Assembly: GCA_004322365.1 (NCBI GenBank)
Contig: SCTS01000007.1
Coordinates: forward strand, 18,266-82,265
Length of the DNA stretch: 64,000 nucleotides
Origin: Patescibacteria group bacterium
GTDB lineage: Bacteria > Patescibacteriota > Minisyncoccia > Phycocordibacterales > Phycocordibacteraceae
Reading direction: 5' to 3'
Shown: positions 7,711-17,924 of the stretch, piece after piece
Layout: every line of letters starts with the position of its first letter
Position numbering within the stretch: the stretch's first letter is position 1
The notes under the pieces: model-generated
Database searches by the model: none
What the model was told of the DNA's origin: nothing
What the model saw: the letters and a program-made list of their open reading frames with translations, nothing else
Program-made: the position numbers and the translations under genes

Positions 7711-10700
7711 TTAGTGCGAGCGAGTCGCAAACAAGCCACCTGCTGGAAGACCTGAGACACCGTAACCGTTTGTCCAGTCCTGATCTGCACGAACCGCTGT
7801 GGTTGTGGAGTTAGGAGACCAAACGAATACGTTATCCGATGAACTCACACCTGAAGCCGAAGCAATGAGGAGTGGGTTTGCGCCAACTGCAGCTGCAGTT
7901 GATGGGAACGCTGAAGATCCGAGAAGCTTCGTTGTTACCGACGCACCTGTAGCACTACCCGAGATCGAGCCACGGACCTCGAAGTATCGAGTACCGCCTG
8001 CAGGAATCTGGATAGATGTTGCTGTACCAGCTGATGTTGTAACACCAACTACTACATTGCCTGTACCTGGAACGGTTGCATCGTCAGTTGCCTGGAGGTC
8101 ACCGCTCGTGCTGATACCCGAAATTGCTTGCGAGTATGCAGAGTCGCTGAATCCGTAGATCGTGACGTTTGTAACCGAAGCAGTTGTTGTTGCGAGGTTA
8201 AGCGCAAACTGTGTGATGCCAAGGGGACCCTTTGCATCAGCAGTTACCTTGAATCGCATAAGGCGACCATCGGTAAGACCCGTTGTGCCGTTGATTGTTG
8301 AATCAAGAGCGAACGTTGGGAACGACTTCATGATGCGAACACCTGATGAAGCCGATGAACCTGATGGGTAGATAGTACTGCCTGAAGAAGCACCAGTACC
8401 TTCTGAGTTCAAGTAATCAACTGCCAAAAGGTGACCAGAGAATGCAACAGCTTCACCAGTGCCGACATTGTTGAGGTCAGCCTTGATGGTAAGAGTTACA
8501 TCTGTGTTCTTTTGAAGTGAGACTATTGAAGTCAATGTTGAAGTTGCCGAAGCGTTCGAACCTGAGAAGTATGCCTCGCCTACCTTTGTTGCACCATTCC
8601 AAATCGTTGCCTTTACGAGGTCAGACGATGAAGATGAAGCTGTGTTGGTAAGAGTAAGGCCGACTTTCGTCAAGTTGACTGCTTCGTTTGAAGCACGGAA
8701 CTTAAGTGCGCCGACAACTACATCAGTTGAGCCAGCTGAAACGAGCGCGAAGCTTGGGCTTGACGCATCGAGAGCAACTGTAGCAGAACCGGCAGCGACG
8801 GTCATCGTGACTCCAGAGTCAGATGTGTCAGTGCCTGTGATTGTTGTACCTGAAGTTGCACCTGTGAAGGTGTAGGCAGAAGCTGCACCTGCATCCCATG
8901 CCCATGTACCATTGTTCGTTGCCGAACCAGAGACATTACATTTGATACCGATAGTCTTAACTGTACCTTTTGCAACAGTAACAGGGTTATCAAGTGTGAA
9001 TGTCTGAGTTGCACCTGTTGAACCTGAAGGATTTACAACATTCGAACCTGTCGAAAGCTGTGTTGTACCGTCGTACGCTGCACAAGCTGTGAGTTCAGTC
9101 ACCGCTGCGCTACCACCGAAGGTGAGCGTAGTAGGAATTGAAGAGAATCGTACATCTTCACCTGACTGCGTTGCATCGTACTGGAAGTTTACAAACAAAG
9201 TTTGTGAGCCACCAGCAGTGATGTTCTGCGAAGCAGGAGATGTAGCGAGACCAACTGCAACTGCACCTGCCTTCACGGTCATGGTGTTCATAGTGAATGT
9301 ACCATTCGATGAAAGTGAGATTGTGTTGCCAGTTGTTTCACCCTTGACATTGGTCCATCCAGACGAAGGAACTGTGGTGACAATATATGTACCACCGTTT
9401 CCGATGTTTGAAGCAACCTTGCCACGGAGTGTGTAGACACCTCTTCCAACCTTGTAGGTGATTGAGTCAGTGAAGGTAGCTGTTTGAGTCGTTGCTGATG
9501 CATATACAGCATCAACAGGACCTGCAACTACTGCACCGTTCTGATCAACAATCGTAAGATTGGTGAGGAGGCCAGTACCTGAACCAGTTGTTGAAGCGAT
9601 TGTGAAGACAGTTGACTGAACAGTCATTGCCTCACCCTTCAAGTCAACTACATAACCGCCGAGAGGCTGATTAGGAAGGTTGATTGCGATGTTCTGCGCA
9701 GGAACTTCGTTTGCCTTGCCGATCGATGTAATCGATGCGCCAGAGACAGTTACCTGAGTAGCGTATACGAACGGAGTTCCGCTCGTAATGGTGATCGTAC
9801 CGCGTGATGAAGGAACAGCAGATGAACCTACTGCTGGCGAAACGCCGTAGCCGTAAGTCTCACCTGTTGCGTAGATATCTGTAGTCTTGTCAACATCGAA
9901 GACAACAGTGCGGTTAGCCGCACCTGCGCCAATGATGTCGTACTGAACATAGAGATCAACTTGATTTCCCTTTGGAATAACTACACCTGAACCGAGGTTC
10001 GTGTTGTAGTATTTTCCGTCTGAAGAAACAGTCGCTGGGTATGCTGTTCCGTTAACAACTGTCATTACATTTGCAATGTCAGTAGCTGATACGGAGCCAG
10101 TTTGATTCCAACGGATGCTCTTGAGGCGGAGATCCTCAGCAGATCCCGCTGTAAGGCGAAGACCTGTTGCCTTGAATGCGGTTGTACCAATTTCCTTCGT
10201 TTGGTTCGAGTTTGAAGCGAACGCATTTGAAGTATTCAAGGTAATTGAACCAACAGTCAAAGTTGCATTGTTTGTGTTATGAGCGCCGACGATTGGAAGT
10301 GAGCCAGAAACGGTTGCTGAAGTGTTAACTGCAACAAGCGCGAGTCCTGGAGCTTCACCTGTGTACGAAGTGAGTGACGAAGCCATGTTTCCTGCAATGA
10401 GGAAAGTCTTTGTCGTTCCCTTTGCAACAGTGAAGGTACCACCGACAACTGTCTGGTGATTTGAATTCAATGTCTTTGCGATACCAAGCTGCAAGCCAGT
10501 TGACTCATCGATGAGGACGATACCAGCAAAAGCTGCATCCTGACCGAGTCCGTCTTTCTGGACCGTAACTCCGTTCACCACTACATCGCCATCAGCGCCT
10601 GCAGTGAGTGTGAAGCGAGTAAACGGAACGCGCGATGCACCTTGTGGTGAAAGCGAGTTTGCTGGTTGTGTACCTGCTGCGACAGCAAGGCCAGTACCTG

Positions 10701-11208
10701 TTGGTGTTGTCACTACTGGAGTGGAACCACCTGAAGTCTTGCCGAATGCTGCGCGAGAGATCGCACCGAAGTAGCCAGCTGCAGGAGAAACTCCTGCTGC
10801 CTTCTGCCATGCGATAACTGCAGTCACAGTCTGGGAACCGAAGTAGCCAGTTGCGCCTGCTGGAACCGAGTAGCCAGCTGCAATGAGTGCCTTCTGAAGA
10901 CAAGTTACATCGTCACCTTTCGAGCCAACCGTGAGGTTTCTCGTGAAGGTACAACCGCCTGTCATTGAGCCGCCAGTCGAGCCCCCTGTTGGAGCTGTCC
11001 CATTGAGAGACGCACTAACGTTCGCGATAGTCGAAGCGTCAGCACCGAATGACTGCAAGAGAGAAACGATAGCTGAGATTTGCGAACTTGTGAGCGTTGC
11101 GGCTTCTGCCTTAGACGCTGTGAAAGTGAATGCAAATCCAGCTACCAACGAAACTGCAACGACGATCGCCGCAACTTTCGTGAGAGAACTGTTTACAATT
11201 GAAGTCAT
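7711..11208 (-). CDS. large secreted/cell-surface protein: N-terminal anchor, peptidoglycan-binding (PG_binding_1-like) domain, then a Thr/Ser/Gly/Val-rich beta-repeat region of about 1000 aa
   Basis: 1165-aa ORF. Signal/anchor AAIVVAVSLVAGFAF. PG-binding motif …DDVTCLQKALIAAGY…GYFGSQTVTAVIAWQKAAG. Long low-complexity T/S/G/A/V-rich stretch. Confidence 0.8.
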   Translation of the reverse strand: MTSIVNSSLTKVAAIVVAVSLVAGFAFTFTASKAEAATLTSSQISAIVSLLQSFGADASTIANVSASLNGTAPTGGSTGGSMTGGCTFTRNLTVGSKGDDVTCLQKALIAAGYSVPAGATGYFGSQTVTAVIAWQKAAGVSPAAGYFGAISRAAFGKTSGGSTPVVTTPTGTGLAVAAGTQPANSLSPQGASRVPFTRFTLTAGADGDVVVNGVTVQKDGLGQDAAFAGIVLIDESTGLQLGIAKTLNSNHQTVVGGTFTVAKGTTKTFLIAGNMASSLTSYTGEAPGLALVAVNTSATVSGSLPIVGAHNTNNATLTVGSITLNTSNAFASNSNQTKEIGTTAFKATGLRLTAGSAEDLRLKSIRWNQTGSVSATDIANVMTVVNGTAYPATVSSDGKYYNTNLGSGVVIPKGNQVDLYVQYDIIGAGAANRTVVFDVDKTTDIYATGETYGYGVSPAVGSSAVPSSRGTITITSGTPFVYATQVTVSGASITSIGKANEVPAQNIAINLPNQPLGGYVVDLKGEAMTVQSTVFTIASTTGSGTGLLTNLTIVDQNGAVVAGPVDAVYASATTQTATFTDSITYKVGRGVYTLRGKVASNIGNGGTYIVTTVPSSGWTNVKGETTGNTISLSSNGTFTMNTMTVKAGAVAVGLATSPASQNITAGGSQTLFVNFQYDATQSGEDVRFSSIPTTLTFGGSAAVTELTACAAYDGTTQLSTGSNVVNPSGSTGATQTFTLDNPVTVAKGTVKTIGIKCNVSGSATNNGTWAWDAGAASAYTFTGATSGTTITGTDTSDSGVTMTVAAGSATVALDASSPSFALVSAGSTDVVVGALKFRASNEAVNLTKVGLTLTNTASSSSSDLVKATIWNGATKVGEAYFSGSNASATSTLTSIVSLQKNTDVTLTIKADLNNVGTGEAVAFSGHLLAVDYLNSEGTGASSGSTIYPSGSSASSGVRIMKSFPTFALDSTINGTTGLTDGRLMRFKVTADAKGPLGITQFALNLATTTASVTNVTIYGFSDSAYSQAISGISTSGDLQATDDATVPGTGNVVVGVTTSAGTATSIQIPAGGTRYFEVRGSISGSATGASVTTKLLGSSAFPSTAAAVGANPLLIASASGVSSSDNVFVWSPNSTTTAVRADQDWTNGYGVSGLPAGGLFATRSH

Positions 11209-12013
11209 AGATACAATAATAATTTTCTAATTTTTGACGCCACACTCATTCACGCTTGAATTAAATAAAACGCGAGAATCAGTGGTGCGGGTGCGTGGAC
11301 GCAAATCATTCGTTCGACCGAATAATTCACGACCCGCCGCATACCTGTTAATAAGTACGACTAAGAGTCGTCCTTTCTACCGTCGCTCGTTCGGAAGAAA
11401 AATAAAATTTCTCTTCCCTCACTCGCTAGGTAGTAAGCATAACGAGATGTTATACCTCCTGTCATTTTCTGTTCGCGAAAGAAATAGAATTTCTTTCTAC
11501 TCACTTGAACGACAACAAAGAACAACTAATTTTCTGTCTTCCGTATTGAATCTAGAAAAATTTTCTAAACTTTTTTCAGAAGACAGCACAACTAAAGTCC
11601 ATCAACCCGTTCGCATTATTTCTAATGCGAACGGGACCAATGGTAAGAAGAAAAATGGTCGTGCGGGATATAGCCGTGGTGGGGTAGCGCTTCCTTACAG
11701 TGATGTACGCATGCTTCATCTATTACAACGAAACCAAGGCGCACGCTTGAGATGTATTCCGGATATGAAAGATGTCAAAGTTCTGTTCGACCGGAAGCGC
11801 GCCACACAGTGCGCAACCGAACACCCAGTATGGGAGTTCACCTATTATACGCGCCCATTCCGCTCTACATATTAGAACAGAGGGTTTATATATGTGGACA
11901 ACATAGACGACAAAAATCCCGTTTCCGGGTTTATTGCTGTCTATAGGATCGTGCCATCCACATGAGAGATACTATCTGAAATAAGGCTTAAAAGCAAGCC
12001 AAACATCTAGAGG

Positions 12014-12086
12014 CTTTCAGGTGTCAGGTTTCAGGTTTCAGGTTTCAGGTTCTAAGAAAGTTCTCTAAACGCTGACCACTAAATCC
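12014..12086. repeat. heptamer tandem repeat (CTTTCAGGTGTCAGG(TTTCAGG)x3 TTCTAAG) followed by the TTCTCTAAACGCTGACCACTAAATCC box
   Basis: Direct tandem TTTCAGG units. The box recurs at 37007-37042 and 63820-63846. Confidence 0.7.
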
Positions 12087-12089
12087 TCT

Positions 12090-12830
12090 CTATGCCTTCC
12101 TGTACGTACTCCATCTACGCTCCCCTTCCTTTATAAGGGCGCCTGACTGAACAAGAGACAGAAGCTCTCGTTGCACTGTCTTTTCGCTACAACCAACGAC
12201 TGATGCGGTAATGTCCTTTATAGAAAGTTTGTCTTTATTTTTGAAAACAGCCAGAACCAATTCCCTTCTATCGGACTGTCTTTTTTGAGGGGCGATTCTC
12301 AGAGTATTGTTTTTTATTCTGAGAGAATCTAAAGGACTTTTTGCAACATGTCCTATAGAAAAACTATTCGGAGTCTCTAGGTCAGAGAGAGCTTCTTCTA
12401 TCCGACCAACATGTTCAGAAATCTTCTCTTGATTGTCTCGGACAAAAGAAGCGAGCGAGGCATATTCATCTCCTATAAGTTTTGCATTCATCGCCGATAT
12501 CAACCCCCCAGCTTTTGCAGTCTCAAGTATTGCACCTATCTCCATGCAACGAGCACCAAAAGACTCTATGCTAGCTCCGTGAAGTTTTGCCTGATCTGTT
12601 GATCGATTAAGAAGGTCAAGTGCACATGAACGGAGACGCCCTCGTGCAGGTTCATCAGGAGACAGGAAACCAGTAATTACATATAGGGCCGAAGCGAGTC
12701 TCTCTGACTTTTTAACAACAAAAGCATGATGTCCGTTAGACAAAAGATGTCCCAAATGGAAAGAAGCGCTCACACTAAGAGGTTTCTTATTTGTCTGATT
12801 ACCTTGGTTGTCTTTTATACTATCGGACAT
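12090..12830 (-). CDS. hypothetical protein with a C-terminal winged-helix DNA-binding domain; ORF track extends to 12923
   Basis: C-terminus …SIKDITASVVGCSEKTVQRELLSLVQSGALIKEGERRWSTY resembles a wHTH. ATG at 12830 (MSDSIKD...) is the preferred start. Confidence 0.6.
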   Translation of the reverse strand: MSDSIKDNQGNQTNKKPLSVSASFHLGHLLSNGHHAFVVKKSERLASALYVITGFLSPDEPARGRLRSCALDLLNRSTDQAKLHGASIESFGARCMEIGAILETAKAGGLISAMNAKLIGDEYASLASFVRDNQEKISEHVGRIEEALSDLETPNSFSIGHVAKSPLDSLRIKNNTLRIAPQKRQSDRRELVLAVFKNKDKLSIKDITASVVGCSEKTVQRELLSLVQSGALIKEGERRWSTYRKA

Positions 12831-13130
12831 ATATAAAACGCTATCGGTCTTTAATTTCAAGGTCAGTTTACCTCTAAGACCTTGTCCTTTGCAAGGATCC
12901 GCCCATCTAAACCCCGGGACCATCTACGGAAGAAACCTCAAATTAATCGGGGCAGAAGCGAATTACATACAGAAATATAGACGCATATGTCTAGTGTAAA
13001 TATAGGAGGTTTGCATAATAAAATTTTTAAAAATAGTCTGAAGCGGTGAGTATTTAATCTCTTTATTATTCTTCGTTACTCCTGCATTTTTTTGCATAGA
13101 GTCCGTATGAGACCATGCTAAAATCCATCA

Positions 13131-15329
13131 ATGGCAAAGAAAAAAAGAGAGAAGAATGGTAAGAAAAAATCTGGTATTCCTACCCCCTCTCTTTCGCTCA
13201 ATCTGAAACCAGAAACCACGAAGAGCATCTACGGTATTCTTGCCATGGTTGCGGCGGCACTCTTTTTGTTAGGCCCTCTTGGCAAAGGTGGGCCTGCTGG
13301 CAATTTTATTTATGAAGCCCTGAGTTCTTTTTTTGGCATCGGATATTTCCTTATTCCGGTGTCATTACTTTTGTTAGGTATCGGATTATTTAGACAACGA
13401 GAGCATCCGGGCTTCGGTGGTACACGGGTCTTCGGCGCATCGATTCTTTTTCTTTCTGGCATTGCCATACTCTCACTTATTGATAACCATGGCGGACTTG
13501 CAGGACATTGGATTGCCCTCCCTTTCACTTCACTTTTTGATATCACTCTCGCCTCTATTATTCTTGGAGGTATCGCCGTTGTAGGGACTCTTCTTGCTCT
13601 TGATACACCGCTTGGTATCCCGCACTTTGCGATGCCACAATTTCAATTTCCTTGGTCAAAGAAAGTGCTTGGAGATACATCAGAAAATACGGGTGGTGGC
13701 GATGACGAAATAAAGATAGCAACCCCTGAAAATGAAGTGGAGGACGAGAAACCAATTCGAAAGGAAAAAATAAAAGAAAAGAAAATAGAAGCCGAGCCAG
13801 AGGCAAGCTTTGCCTTTGCTCCTATTGGGCAAGCATATAACCCTCCCCCACTTTCACTATTGGAACGAGATAAAGGGAAGCCCGACAATGGCGACATTAA
13901 AGCAAACGCCAATCTCATCAAACGAACACTCCAAAACTTCGGTATCACTGTAGAGATGGACGAGGTATCTATCGGCCCTACCGTGACCCGCTATGCACTC
14001 AAACCTGCGGAGGGCGTGCGTCTTCAAAAAATACTCGCTCTTCAAAATAACCTCGAACTTGCACTCGCTGCACACCCTGTCCGTATTGAAGCCCCAATAC
14101 CTGGAAAGTCTCTCGTGGGTATTGAAGTGCCTAACACTAAAAAATCAACAGTGGGCTTGGGGTCACTCCTTGGAGACACTAAGTTTGAAAGCGATAAACG
14201 ACCTCTGATGGTTGCTCTTGGGCGTGACATCGCGGGAGCATCACATTTTGCGAACATCGGTAAGATGCCTCACCTCCTCATTGCAGGTGCAACAGGTGCA
14301 GGAAAATCAGTGTCAATTCATGCACTCATTACTTCCCTACTCTACAGAAACGGCCCTTCGGCACTTCGCTTCATCATGATTGATCCAAAGCGCGTGGAAC
14401 TCACTCTCTACAACCCTATCCCCCATCTTCTTACGCCGGTCATTACCGACCCAAAGAAAGCAATCCTCTCTTTGAAGTGGGCAGCGAAAGAAATGGAACG
14501 ACGCTACACGATTCTTGAGACGCACGCAGTCCGCGATGTGCAGTCGTACCACGAAAACATCGCATCAAAATGGAAGCCTTCAGCGGGTTCGACAGCCTCA
14601 CCGCAGGCAGGAAACGAGATGCCGGATCAAATGCCCTACATCGTGATTGTTGTCGACGAGCTTGCTGACATCATGCAAACATACCCACGAGAGCTCGAAG
14701 CTGCTATTGTGCGCCTCGCTCAAATGAGCCGTGCTGTTGGTATCCACCTAATTCTTTCAACGCAACGCCCCTCAGTGAATGTCATTACAGGGCTCATTAA
14801 GGCAAACGTACCAGCGCGTATCGCCTTGCAGGTGGCTTCACAAATTGACTCACGCACCATTCTCGATGCAGCAGGCGCAGAAAAACTCCTTGGTGCTGGT
14901 GACATGCTCTTCCAATCTGCCGATATGTCAAAACCACACCGTATTCAAACTGCATTCATTTCTGAAAGCGAAGTAAAAACAGTTGTGGAATACATCAGGA
15001 AACACAACGAACCATCGCTCGACTCCATTACTCTCTCGAGCAATACACCAGATTCTCCGAATGCAATATTCTCAGCGTCGCTCGAAGACGATGATGTCGA
15101 TGACGACCTATTTGCTGAAGCAAAACAAATTGTAGAAGAAGCTGGGAAAGCTTCGACCTCATACCTGCAACGAAAACTCCGCATCGGCTATGCTCGCGCT
15201 GCGAGACTTATGGATATTCTTGAAGATAAAGGAATTATAGGAGCGGCAGATGGTGCGAGACCTCGCGATGTCCTCACTACATCGGAAGGAGAAACGACCA
15301 TGACTGAAGAAAACAATGGCACCGCGTAA
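13131..15329 (+). CDS. ftsK: DNA translocase FtsK
   Basis: 732 aa. N-terminal TM segments, Walker A GATGAGKS, Walker B VIVVDELAD, C-terminal gamma wHTH (…STSYLQRKLRIGYARAARLMDILEDKGII…). Confidence 0.9.
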   Translation: MAKKKREKNGKKKSGIPTPSLSLNLKPETTKSIYGILAMVAAALFLLGPLGKGGPAGNFIYEALSSFFGIGYFLIPVSLLLLGIGLFRQREHPGFGGTRVFGASILFLSGIAILSLIDNHGGLAGHWIALPFTSLFDITLASIILGGIAVVGTLLALDTPLGIPHFAMPQFQFPWSKKVLGDTSENTGGGDDEIKIATPENEVEDEKPIRKEKIKEKKIEAEPEASFAFAPIGQAYNPPPLSLLERDKGKPDNGDIKANANLIKRTLQNFGITVEMDEVSIGPTVTRYALKPAEGVRLQKILALQNNLELALAAHPVRIEAPIPGKSLVGIEVPNTKKSTVGLGSLLGDTKFESDKRPLMVALGRDIAGASHFANIGKMPHLLIAGATGAGKSVSIHALITSLLYRNGPSALRFIMIDPKRVELTLYNPIPHLLTPVITDPKKAILSLKWAAKEMERRYTILETHAVRDVQSYHENIASKWKPSAGSTASPQAGNEMPDQMPYIVIVVDELADIMQTYPRELEAAIVRLAQMSRAVGIHLILSTQRPSVNVITGLIKANVPARIALQVASQIDSRTILDAAGAEKLLGAGDMLFQSADMSKPHRIQTAFISESEVKTVVEYIRKHNEPSLDSITLSSNTPDSPNAIFSASLEDDDVDDDLFAEAKQIVEEAGKASTSYLQRKLRIGYARAARLMDILEDKGIIGAADGARPRDVLTTSEGETTMTEENNGTA

Positions 15330-15708
15330 ATTTATTGCATTCACTCCTAGACGCACCGTCCTCTTTATTGGCGGAGTCGCCCTTCTAATAATTCTGGGTT
15401 ATAGCGCGTACGCAGCACTTCCCCTCATTCAAGGACCCTCACTCACCGCCACGGCAACTGTAGATACAACTACAATCTTAGTAAGTGGTATGACACGCCG
15501 TGTCGCATTCTTGGAGGTAAACGGTGCACCTGTTCCTTTACAGGAAAATGGGAGTTTTTTGGCAAAGCGCGCATACCCTCCGGGGTATACTGCCATCACC
15601 GTAACGGCACGAGACCGTTTCGGGAAAGTTGTTACAAAAAAACTCTCGTTACTTAGTCCAAAGCAAGAGCATCCCTCCATTACAAAAGTAGAAGCGCCTA
15701 TTAATTAG
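15316..15708 (+). CDS. hypothetical membrane-anchored protein (130 aa)
   Basis: Overlaps the ftsK stop by 14 nt. One N-terminal TM helix followed by a beta-rich domain. Confidence 0.5.
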   Translation: MAPRKFIAFTPRRTVLFIGGVALLIILGYSAYAALPLIQGPSLTATATVDTTTILVSGMTRRVAFLEVNGAPVPLQENGSFLAKRAYPPGYTAITVTARDRFGKVVTKKLSLLSPKQEHPSITKVEAPIN

Positions 15709-15727
15709 AATCAATAATCTGGTCACT

Positions 15728-16786
15728 ATGGCAATAAAAAAGAAAGCAGAAAAAGTATCCAAACCTCCCGTAACCTCAAATCAAACAGGTGGCCAGAGTA
15801 CCGTCGATAGAAAAGCTGCGATCAGTGAAGCAATCGCAAGTATAAAAACAAAATTCGGTGATGAATCAATTACAACGCTCGGTGCAAAACCAAAAGTTGG
15901 TGTTGATGCTATCCCCACAGGCTCTATTGGACTCGACTGGGCGCTCGGCATCGGCGGAGTCCCCCGAGGTCGCATCATAGAAATTTTTGGACCTGAATCA
16001 TCTGGAAAAACAACTCTTTCTTTACACATCATCGCAGAGGCTCAGAAAAAAGGTGGCATTTGCGCATTCATTGATGCAGAGCATGCGCTCGACCCAGAGT
16101 ATGCAAAAGTTCTTGGCGTTAAGATTGAAGACCTCCTCGTGTCGCAACCTGACACTGGTGAGCAATCGCTTGAAATTACTGAGAGTTTGGTACGCTCAGG
16201 AAAGATAGATGTGGTAGTCGTTGACTCTGTTGCAGCACTCACACCAAAAGATGAAATTGAAGGAGAGATGGGTCAACAACACATGGGCAAACAAGCACGA
16301 CTTATGTCGCAGGCACTTCGTAAACTCACTGCCATCGTTGCTAAATCAAAAACGACCGTTATCTTCATCAATCAGATACGCATGCAAATTGGCGTTATGT
16401 TTGGCAACCCAGAAACAACCCCGGGAGGAAAAGCCTTGAAGTTCTATACATCAGTACGTCTCGATATTCGTCGTATTGCACAAATAAAAAAAGGTGAAGA
16501 AATTGTTGGTGGGCGTGTACGAGTGAAAGTGGTAAAAAACAAAATTGCTGCGCCATTCAAAGTGACGGAGTTTGATCTCATGTACAACGAGGGTATCTCT
16601 CGTGAAGGAGAGTTAATAGCCTTGGGTGAGAAGTTTGGCCTCGTTACAAAATCTGGCGCCTCATACAAGTACGGCGAGGAGTCATTGGGTCGTGGCTATG
16701 ATGCAACACGAACCTTCCTCAAAGAAAATCCTAAAATAGCAGGAGAAATTCTTAAAGCCATTCGAGCAAAGTTCTTGGAAGCATAG
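15728..16786 (+). CDS. recA: recombinase RecA
   Basis: 352 aa with canonical RecA motifs ([10 protein letters not shown], …[23 protein letters not shown]…). Confidence 0.95.
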   Translation: MAIKKKAEKVSKPPVTSNQTGGQSTVDRKAAISEAIASIKTKFGDESITTLGAKPKVGVDAIPTGSIGLDWALGIGGVPRGRIIEIFGPESSGKTTLSLHIIAEAQKKGGICAFIDAEHALDPEYAKVLGVKIEDLLVSQPDTGEQSLEITESLVRSGKIDVVVVDSVAALTPKDEIEGEMGQQHMGKQARLMSQALRKLTAIVAKSKTTVIFINQIRMQIGVMFGNPETTPGGKALKFYTSVRLDIRRIAQIKKGEEIVGGRVRVKVVKNKIAAPFKVTEFDLMYNEGISREGELIALGEKFGLVTKSGASYKYGEESLGRGYDATRTFLKENPKIAGEILKAIRAKFLEA

Positions 16787-16816
16787 CCTCTCTAAGGAGG
16801 TACGGGAAAGTATTGA

Positions 16817-17143
16817 TTACTGCACTGAAAGCTGTGTATTCCCTGCTCGACGTACCACATCAACTCCAATCCATGCTGTGAGCAAAACGGCAACGAGAAC
16901 GCATAGTTGCACAACAAGCGTTGTTCCAACAATGGCAACAACTACAAAGTTTATAAGTCCAGAAATGCCCTCTACATTGAGGGCATTTTGTACGACATGC
17001 GGCAAAGATACCGATGAGGCAAGGGCAAAAAAGACAGTCGCAAGGGCAGCAAAGCGCACCATTGGGCTCGTAAGTTGACGCACTACATACAGGCCGTACA
17101 CACGGCGCATAATTCTTTTTCTCAATTCTTGATCTCTATCCAT
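16817..17143 (-). CDS. small membrane protein (2 TM) downstream of the ECF sigma gene; possible anti-sigma factor
   Basis: 108 aa. Starts 20 nt after the sigma-factor stop on the same strand. Two hydrophobic helices. Confidence 0.5.
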   Translation of the reverse strand: MDRDQELRKRIMRRVYGLYVVRQLTSPMVRFAALATVFFALASSVSLPHVVQNALNVEGISGLINFVVVAIVGTTLVVQLCVLVAVLLTAWIGVDVVRRAGNTQLSVQ

Positions 17144-17163
17144 ATATAAAAATAGTTACTAAA

Positions 17164-17793
17164 TTATTCTACCGAACCCATACTTTCTCGCAATACTGCT
17201 TTTGCACGATGCACCCTCGTTTTTACCGCAGGAACACTCGTGCCCAATTTCTCTGCTATCTCCGCATACGGCAAGCCTTCAATGAAAGCGAGTTTGAGTA
17301 TTTCAGCAACATGCTCTGGAACTTTAGAAAGCCCCTTCTCTATTACTTCCCTTGCGTACTCTTGGTGACCCTCTTTCGCGTGAATTGATGGATCGGCAAG
17401 AGATTCATAGTGTTCGGAAGTTAATTCGGCAAAACTTTCTCTACCACGAGCAATTTTACGATAGTGAGTTCGCGCAACATTCATAAGAATAGTAAGTGAC
17501 CATGCACGAAATGAACCCGACTCTCCCTTAAAGCGCGGAGCAAAACGGTACACACGAATGAACGCTTCTTGCACTACATCTTCAGCGGCATCCCGACTAC
17601 CAACGATTCCCTGAACTCTGCTCAAAAATTGCGACTGATAGCGAGCAACAAGAATTTCAAATGCGCTCGGGTTTGACAGCGAACGTGCAAGAAGTGCCTC
17701 ATCGGGCATACTCATAAGTTCATCCATACTGCGTATACTAAACCCTATAGGGAGAGTTTGAGCAATAGCTGTTGCTTTTGGTATAGTACTCAT
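17164..17793 (-). CDS. ECF (sigma-70 family, RpoE-like) sigma factor; probable real start at 17727 (MDELMSMPDEALLARS...)
   Basis: Region 2 (…VVQEAFIRVYR…) and region 4 HTH (…LPYAEIAEKLGTSVPAVKTRVHRAK…) motifs. Confidence 0.85.
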   Translation of the reverse strand: MSTIPKATAIAQTLPIGFSIRSMDELMSMPDEALLARSLSNPSAFEILVARYQSQFLSRVQGIVGSRDAAEDVVQEAFIRVYRFAPRFKGESGSFRAWSLTILMNVARTHYRKIARGRESFAELTSEHYESLADPSIHAKEGHQEYAREVIEKGLSKVPEHVAEILKLAFIEGLPYAEIAEKLGTSVPAVKTRVHRAKAVLRESMGSVE

Positions 17794-17832
17794 TGTTAGA
17801 CGCTTAGGCGCCTTTATTAATACTCATTAGGC

Positions 17833-17871
17833 AGGTTCTAGGTGACAGGTTCTAGGTTCTAGGTTCTAGGG
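17833..17871. repeat. heptamer tandem repeat AGGTTCTAGGTGACAGG(TTCTAGG)x3 G
   Basis: Lies in the divergent region between the ECF sigma gene and efp. Confidence 0.7.
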
Positions 17872-17924
17872 ACAGCAAACTACAATCTATACTTCTGCAT
17901 ACTACCCGCTATAATCTAACTCCC

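Noticed and set aside
7799-10903. Multiple ORFs antisense to the 1165-aa surface-protein gene
   Set aside because: Shadow ORFs from the repetitive GC-skewed coding strand. The sense frame is continuous and domain-bearing.
11234-11875. 213-aa plus-strand ORF in the long intergenic region
   Set aside because: Arg/Ser/Lys-rich with an implausible composition. It spans a strong hairpin and has no RBS. Treated as non-coding, see the corresponding finding.
12014-12056. Possible CRISPR array suggested by tandem short repeats here and at other intergenic sites
   Set aside because: The units are 7 nt and directly tandem, with no unique spacers of 25-40 nt and no cas genes. These are simple heptamer arrays, not CRISPR.
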